From positions 14,260,001-14,324,000 of the forward strand of contig CM022679.1 in the NCBI GenBank assembly GCA_012295275.1: 64,000 bases of DNA. The letters are read 5' to 3'. How positions within the stretch are numbered: the stretch's first letter is position 1; every line of letters begins with the position of its first letter. Position numbers and translations under genes: made by a program. This DNA comes from Chrysomallon squamiferum. Its lineage: Eukaryota > Animalia > Mollusca. Below, in pieces: positions 56,280-64,000 of the stretch. The notes under the pieces were generated by a model. That model did no database searches. It saw only the letters and a list, made by a program, of their open reading frames with translations, and was not told the DNA's origin.

Positions 56280-57755
56280 GTAAGGTGTTTGGAATGGGAA
56301 ATCTCTGTCTGTGTTTTAGGCTTTGTGTTGTCTTTTTTTTTTCTTTTTCTTTTTAACAGCAATGCTTAGTAACATGATCTGAACATTTTGCAGCAAACAA
56401 AAACAAAACATTCAATTGGGGTGGAGTGTGTATAACAATGTCCCCTGGATTTTTCTGACTTGGGTTCTTGTGGGGTTTATTTCTAATTAAGTTGATTTTA
56501 ATTTTTAGAGTTTAATATATACCATGTTGATGGTGCCTGACCTTTTCTGAAATTCCAGAACCATTGATTAAAAACTATTTTTCTTTTAAAATTTATAATA
56601 GTGTTTAATATTGAAGGATATTCCCCAAGTATTCATATTTGATTCACCTGATAATTTTAATTATACTGAAGGATATATTTCTTTTATAATTTATAAAAAT
56701 CTTATTTTATTTAATGATATTAAAATATTTAATAATTTTATTATTATTTTTATTTTATATATATATATATATATTAATAAAAATAGAATTTTTGTGTAGC
56801 AAAAACTTAGAGTTATTTCCCCTGTCATCAGTAAACATATGTCAGTGCAATGTTTTCTTTCTAAAACAAGAAAGTATTAAATTGAAATTAACAATGATAA
56901 TGAAGATGATGATGAATATTATTATTATTATTTTCCAACTGAACATTTTGCATTCTTTAAATGAAATTACAAAAAGAAACAATTTTTCAACAATGTTTTA
57001 TGCTGCAAAATGTACTTGTCTGTTTTGCTAATAAATTATTTTTTCAGTGAGACTAATATCAATAGTTTTGAAAAAAGGCAACAGTTGATTTTTGTTTTAT
57101 CTGGTTTTAACTCAAAACAACTAAAATATGTGGCATTTTATTACAGATTTTAACAATATTAATGATTAAACTTTAGTTTTATATTGTATTTAACATTTTT
57201 ATTAGTTTTTAACAATTTTTTAACATTTAATTTACATTTCATTTATGTTTTATTACAGTTAATGTTCTGAATTATCATTTCAGTTAACTAACATAATTTA
57301 TATATTTTGTATTTTGTATTTTGTTTGTTAATGAATGCTATTATAATAACATGTGGGTTGCTGGTTCATATTTGTAGTACTGCAGATTGCTAATAAATGT
57401 TGTACACATTATAAATATATATATATGTGTCTGTTATTTGAAGATATCTGTTAATAGTAATATTTCAGTGATTATGAGAGCTTAATGCAAATTGGTTAAC
57501 TTTAGAAGTGATATGATATTAATTTTTAATTGACTCAATACAAATCTGAGGAGATACAATCAATAAGATTGATGCTGTCTTACAGCCAAGCAAATACAGA
57601 GTCACCGTGAATAAAAATAAAAACAATAAAGTATTAATAAAATAAGTAAAAAATAAATTAACATAAATAAAACATAAAAAACCCACAACTAAAGGAAAGG
57701 AAACTGTGATTTAGTAAAATGATTTTGGTAAAGTAATCATCCCTCAGATCAAAGG

Positions 57756-58090
57756 AAAATATTTTAAAAGAATAAATATTTATTTCTTATTTTAACTTCA
57801 AATATATATATATATATAAATATATATGGGGTGGTCCAAAAGTAGGTGGACAGTAAATGATAACATTTATTTTGAGATTATCTGAAAAGAATGTAGATTA
57901 AATTTAAATAACTCTAGCTATAAAATTTTAAATAATATAGCACAAATAACATAGTTATAATGAACACCATTGTAATATTATAAGCCTAACCCACATACTG
58001 TCCACCTACTTTTGGACCACCCTGTATATATATATATATATATATTTGAAATTAAAATAAGAAATAAAAATTATTCTTTCAAAATATGTT
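57756..58090. repeat. Outer imperfect inverted repeat enclosing the MITE
   Basis: Left arm atattttaaaagaataaatatttatttcttattttaacttcaaatata is nearly the reverse complement of right arm tatatttgaaattaaaataagaaataaaaattattctttcaaaatat. Confidence 0.8.
57827..58024. mobile_element. Non-autonomous MITE (~198 bp), Tc1/mariner-like
   Basis: Perfect 27-bp inverted repeats gggtggtccaaaagtaggtggacagta and tactgtccacctacttttggaccaccc, flanked by TA within (TA)n; no coding capacity. Confidence 0.85.
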
Positions 58091-59539
58091 TTAGGTTTTA
58101 CTGTCAGAAATAGAAACATATTTGTCATATAGATTATTAATACTCTATATAACAAAACAAAACCTTTTAAAGAATACTTTTGTTTTAATTTTTTAAATCA
58201 TAGATGTCATTGTTATTTACATAATTAACTTGTTTATACATTACCTAACAATAACTTCTGCAGGTAGATGGTGTACGGAATTTTTCTTATATATAACTTT
58301 ATAATATTCATATATTATATGTTTTCTACAGTGTTTATTAATAATATTATTTTGTGTTTAATGAATTTGATTTCATTACAATGGAAGTAATTATTTAAAA
58401 CTTACTTTGTATTAGTAGAATGAAGTATTAATTAGAAAATGTGTAGTTATTCTCAAAAGCGTGTAATGTCATTCTCTCTCTCTTTCTGTTTATCTCAATC
58501 TCTTTCTTCTCTATCTCTCTCTCTCATAGAAACATGCACACACACACAAATAGAAACACATATATAACCAAATTATCTGTTTCAACTGTAAATATTAAGT
58601 TTTCATAACAGAGTTCTTATCTGACAATTTTTCCTTTATATTATTTATTATTATTTTTCTTTTTTCAATAAGGTATCAGTGACAGTGAAAAATTTAAAAA
58701 TATATATATATATATATTTATATATTTTGTCAGGGTATATTATTTTTAATGTAATTTTTTACCATAACATTTTGGTTTGTTAATATCACAGTAAAATATA
58801 TATATATTTTAATTTGAATTAATAGTTATAATTGTTTTACATTTTAACAGTAAAGAGACAAAATTAATTTATAAATATAAATATATAATATTATCACACA
58901 TTTAAAATATTCATACTATAAAAAATATAGATTTATGTTTTTATTTTATTTTCTCTTTCTTTTTTTTATTTCATTAATATTTTTTCTCTCTCTCTCTCTT
59001 TCAGTTTTTCTTTTTCTTCCTTTTCTTTCTCTATATAGGATATAACGCTTTTAGAGTTTGCTGCTAATTGCTTTGGTACTGTTTTCAAAAAACATTAGAA
59101 AAAGCTTAATTCAGTTGTTTATAAAGCAAGAAGATATTTCGTATTACATAATACTTTTTTTTCTATGCTATGCCTTTAAAAATAAACATCAAAATGATAT
59201 AGGCAAAAATATCAGCTTAGTATCTATTGATACTTGTATCTGTATGTGTGCATATGTAAGTATAGCTAAAGACACAAAACACACACACACATACACACAC
59301 ACACACACTCTCAAACATACAGAAATACACAGATATACACAGACACACAGAAAAACATATATCCATCCATCCATCTGTCCATCCATATTTACCTATCAAC
59401 AAACAGAGCCAAAAGAACCAGCTTTTAACATAGCATAATTGTCACAATCTTTTGTATAATTACTATAGAAACCTCATTCATTAAATAAAACTGATATTTA
59501 ACACAAGAGCAGATCTCACTGAACTAATTATTTTTCCAG

Positions 59540-59736
59540 AAGGACAGATACCTAAAGGAGCCGTGTACATTGGCAAAAAGGAGACTGTAGAAGGAGACAA
59601 GAAATACACAGACTCCTACTATGTTCAGCCAACCCAAGAAGAAACATCAACAACAACAGTTATTGAAGCTAAGCCCAAAATATACGAAGGAATTGGCCCT
59701 GTTGATAATGATGGGCTTCCACTGGGATTTAGAAAG
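59540..59736 (+). CDS. SORBS: Coding exon: N-terminal part of the Sorbin-homology (SoHo) domain
   Basis: tttttccag acceptor and AAG|gtctgt donor. EGQIPKGAVY...KIYEGIGPVDNDGLPLGFRK; GIGPVDxxGxP is the SoHo signature. Phase 1 to 0. Confidence 0.93.
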
Positions 59737-60337
59737 GTCTGTACTTACAAAGATTATTGAATCTATCTAGCTTTCTGTCTGTATTTGATTATACTGATTA
59801 TATAATGTAGATATCAAGACCAGAGATTCAGCACATGATGCTTAAAACACTTACAAAATGCTGTTTCAGATGTTATTATAACTGGCAGATTTTAATTAGA
59901 GATAATATTTCATAAATACATTAAAATAATTAATGATGTGTGTTTTTGTACAGTTGTAGTGTATCAAACATGTACAGATATTCTAAATAGATACAAGCAG
60001 CAGAGTTAATAAATGTTTTTTTCATAATCTCTCTGGTATATAAATAACTATGCTACAAATGTTACCAAGAGTCTGTGGATTCACTGGAAATTAAATTGAT
60101 TTATATGATGAATAAAATGTCAAAATTTAGATGTTTCACCATTTTAATAATAGTAGATCAAACTATTAATTAAATACCTCAAATTAACCATTACCCATTC
60201 TACTATTACCCTGTTTGTGACATTAAGCATGTATGTATTTCACACACGTGATATAAACCATGGTATAGGATAAAGATGTGGATACAGATGTTATACCACA
60301 GATGGTTTTATACTGTATTGTATGGGTTTTTTTTCAG

Positions 60338-60413
60338 AATGTTGATGAGAAGAAACAACATGAATGGTACAAACAGATGTTCAAGACACTTCACAAAACG
60401 GACAAGAAAGAAG
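60338..60413 (+). CDS. SORBS: Coding exon: C-terminal part of the SoHo domain
   Basis: ttttcag acceptor and AAG|gtaaga donor. NVDEKKQHEWYKQMFKTLHKTDKKE matches the SoHo WYKxMFKxxH motif. Phase 0 to 1. Confidence 0.94.
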
Positions 60414-62841
60414 GTAAGAGTGACATTTCTATTATGTAAACGTTCGTTACAGATCATTAATTAATTAATTAGTACGATGTGGTCTTTGATGTTTACCTGT
60501 GCTGTTTTCTCAGGTGTGTTTTATACAGTGCCTCATTGGCTTTGTTGTTGTGTGATTTCATGAATTCATATGTTCATTTTCACTTTCTGTAAGGAAGAAA
60601 TTCATCAATATAGATACAAATTATATCAAGGCAAAATAAACAAATAAATAAGTTTATGTACACAGAGATATAAACTCATGGCTATATTCACAAATATATG
60701 GAAACAGATACAGCTACACACACAAATTGATATATTCACAAATACATATATTAGAACATATACAGGAGTATAGTATTTGTCTATAAAATCTGATTAATCA
60801 GACATTTTTCTTGATGATATTGTGGTTATTTCTAAAAATGCAATCAGTTTCTGAAAATGTTTGTTCATCCTCTGAAAATACATTTGTATAGGGCATACAA
60901 AACAGAAACTAATCAGTAATGGTTAGCAATAGATGATGTAGATGTCTAACATCTCCCTAGATACTTCTGACAAGCTTTTCATTTCTTAACTACAAATGAG
61001 ATATTACCACAGAATAGCAAACAAATGGAACTAGGGAAAAAAAATCTAGATAATACCCAGGAACTGCACTGGACTTTGATTATGATAAACAAGAGATACT
61101 GTTAAAGTTCAGTATATTCTGCATTCTAATATACATAGGGTACTGCAGGTACAGGGAAATTAAAATTGAATGGGAATCACTGAAGAAACCCAACAGTTTA
61201 AAATAAACACTTTGTCACTGTGGGTTCTTGTAGCTGTGTTTGCCATCCAAACATAAAACTCATTTGAGTCATCACTGACCATTTAGACACCAAACTGTTC
61301 TTTGACCATGGTCAAACATTGACCACTGGTCATTTGTTTAGATTGTCACATGCAGTTCATACTTGCTTAAAGGATCAAGTTGTCTTAGCAGACTTTGAAA
61401 TGACTGTTAAAATAACTTGGCCATCTTGGTCTCAAGCAAATGTTTATAGACACTGGCTTTGGAAATGCTGTTTGTTTTTTTGTCCTTTACTTTGTTTTTG
61501 AAGGCAAGAAAATTTTAAAAGTTTTAAATCGTTTGAGGATTACAGAGATTGCCATTGATCAAGTGCAGTATGATTTAATATTTTTGTTATTTATATGTTT
61601 TAGTATTGAAATATTTGGAAAAATTTGGATGTGCTTAACCTATTTGTAATTTATAATAAACATCTATATATGTCTGTATATGTGAAATGATGATGTATAT
61701 TTATTATGGATTATATGGTCATTATTAAAGTTAAATATTTGTTTAACAAAATATACTTACCTTTAGCTTCATTAATATGAAAGCTTTATAAGTATTTATC
61801 CTGTTATTATATAAATCAGTGTAATAATAATAAGTCTGCTTTGCTTTATGTCAATCATAATACTTTAAAACCCAACCACATTAAGTAAACACTAATTTTT
61901 CTTCATCATATTTCACCTAATTAACATAGTTTTAAAGACAACACATTATAAATAAATATAAACCTCAGATATTAGATTTGTCCATGTAATTAATACAAGT
62001 GATGTGTTATATATCTAATATTGCACAGGTTGATTAAACCCACACTGTGACATGCACTATATATGTATATGTCAGTGTGCTTTGTTATTACACACAGTTT
62101 TCACAAGTTCTTGATCTCTGGTTAAACAAGTCTTTAGACAGGATCATGTGTTTAATTTTCCTGCCACTGTCTGAAACTTTCCAGTCATTTTGTGTAGGCA
62201 AGTTTCATGTATGTTGGTTCACTGATGATAGCACCTTCTTTGTTCATAGATACAGTTATTGATACAGTTCAGCACTGGTGATTTACATAACATTCATTAA
62301 ACCCGCTTTCATCTTTATATATCAGTCAAAGTAATGTAAAATGATAACAAATAAATACATTTAAAAACGAAGAAGAAAAAGAAAAGAAAAACAAAAAGAA
62401 TCTTAACATTTGCAAAATTGCCAAATTTTGAATTAAGTGTCTAATATGTAAGACTAACTCATAATTGTATAATTAATAGTTACAGGAAAATAATAATAAT
62501 TTTGACACACACATGTACATAATTTAAATATTTGTTAACAATTCAGTAACAGTTAAATTATTAAATTTAAAAAAAAAATGATAAGGATTTTAAATTTTAA
62601 TAATATTTTAGTAATATTTAAATACATTTTTTCAAAAAAAAAAAAAAAGACTCGTTTACATTGACATTTTATTTTTTTTATATTTTTGCTCACAAAATGA
62701 TTTTGGGTTAGCTAAACATGAATTTTATTTTAAATCAAATATTAAAAAAAACAACAAATGTTTTGAACCATTTAGAAATTTAATCTCACCATTGTGGTGA
62801 CAAAATTTCAGATCTCATTCCTTGTGAAACATTTTTTCCAG

Positions 62842-62889
62842 ACATACTCGGAATAAACCAACTCATTGACTCCATATTTGAGGATGCAG
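62842..62889 (+). CDS. 48-nt symmetric exon after the SoHo domain
   Basis: ttttttccag acceptor and CAG|gtgctt donor. DILGINQLIDSIFEDA; phase 1-1. Confidence 0.68.
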
Positions 62890-64000
62890 GTGCTTATACT
62901 GTTATACATTGTTCTAACACTGCATGATACAGTAGATGTGTGCACGTCACACTAATTGTCCTCACAGACTGAGTCTTTAATGTATACAAAACACGTCAAA
63001 GACTGAGTCACTGAAATCTTAATTTTTATTTTTATTTTTTTTAATTTTTGGTCCTTTTGTTATTATTGCTATTATTATTTAGTTTTTGTTTTTATTAAGA
63101 TTTTATTTTATTTATTTTTTTTTTCATTTTATTGGAACTAAATAATAATAATAAAAAAAGTAGTAATGATTAAATATTCATTTTTAATCAAATTAAATTT
63201 TGATTAAATTTAAAACGCAAAAGAAAGAAATGAAAACCAAACCAAATATTTCACATAAAGGATTTAATAATAAGCTTAAAAATAAATTATCAGTATTATT
63301 TTCTGAAATTATTTAAAAAAAAAAAAAAAAAAAAAAATAATATTTAAAAAAAAAAAACATAACCCTCCAAAAAAACAAAAACAAAACAAAAAATAAAATC
63401 ATACATAATCATTAATCAGATTTTAAGAAACATAAAAAAAGTAATCATTGATAAATGCATTAATTTTTCATTTCAAAAAGTTTTTTTTTTTTTTTTTTCT
63501 TTCATTAATATATTTTGTACTGCATGATGTCTGTTGAATATATAATAAAATCACCGATTTTCCATTTCTGATTTTTTTCACTGTCAGACCCTTTTTTCCA
63601 TTCTACTGACATTTTGTCTACTTGTCATACAGAGTAATTTATTTTAAAATGTTTCCCATCCTTCTTCCTTTCATCATTTAGAGAAATAATTTATACTTTT
63701 TTACCTTTTTTCTCTTTTTTTATAGAGATTTCATGTTCAGACATTTGCATTAACCCATTTTTAAAAATGTTTACCATCTGTCTTCCTTTTGTCATGTAGA
63801 TACATTTGTATGAACTTGTTATATATAGAGAAGAGTTATTAAAGTTATTTAAAAACACATTGTTAAATAAAACATTTCTTTCTTTCATTCTGTGAACTCA
63901 ATTTATTATCATTATCATTATTCAGAGAAATTTCTGTTTTAATTCACATACATTATGAAATTTAGACATTCATATTAATATTACTCTTAATCGTATGTAA

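Overview
AT-rich, CpG-poor, microsatellite-dense metazoan genomic DNA; an invertebrate, possibly mollusc-like, origin is inference only. No prokaryotic features, RNA genes or CRISPR arrays are supported. The window holds the middle of one large plus-strand, multi-exon gene. I traced 16 AG/GT-bounded, phase-compatible coding exons between 24837 and 62889, about 1820 codons if all are included. They encode the second half of a PDZ domain, a long low-complexity region built from symmetric phase-1 exons (two of them giant, 1380 and 2251 nt), and a Sorbin-homology (SoHo) domain. This identifies a SORBS/CAP/vinexin/ArgBP2-family adaptor. The start of the PDZ domain appears to lie upstream of the window and the expected SH3 domains downstream. 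The main oddities are a tandem array that copies the PDZ exon's 5' splice site about 12 times, a +1 frameshift inside the 2251-nt exon, a synaptopodin/myozenin-like motif, and a Tc1/mariner-type MITE in the centre of an older palindrome. Most ORFs in the supplied track are microsatellite artefacts or shadows of real exons.
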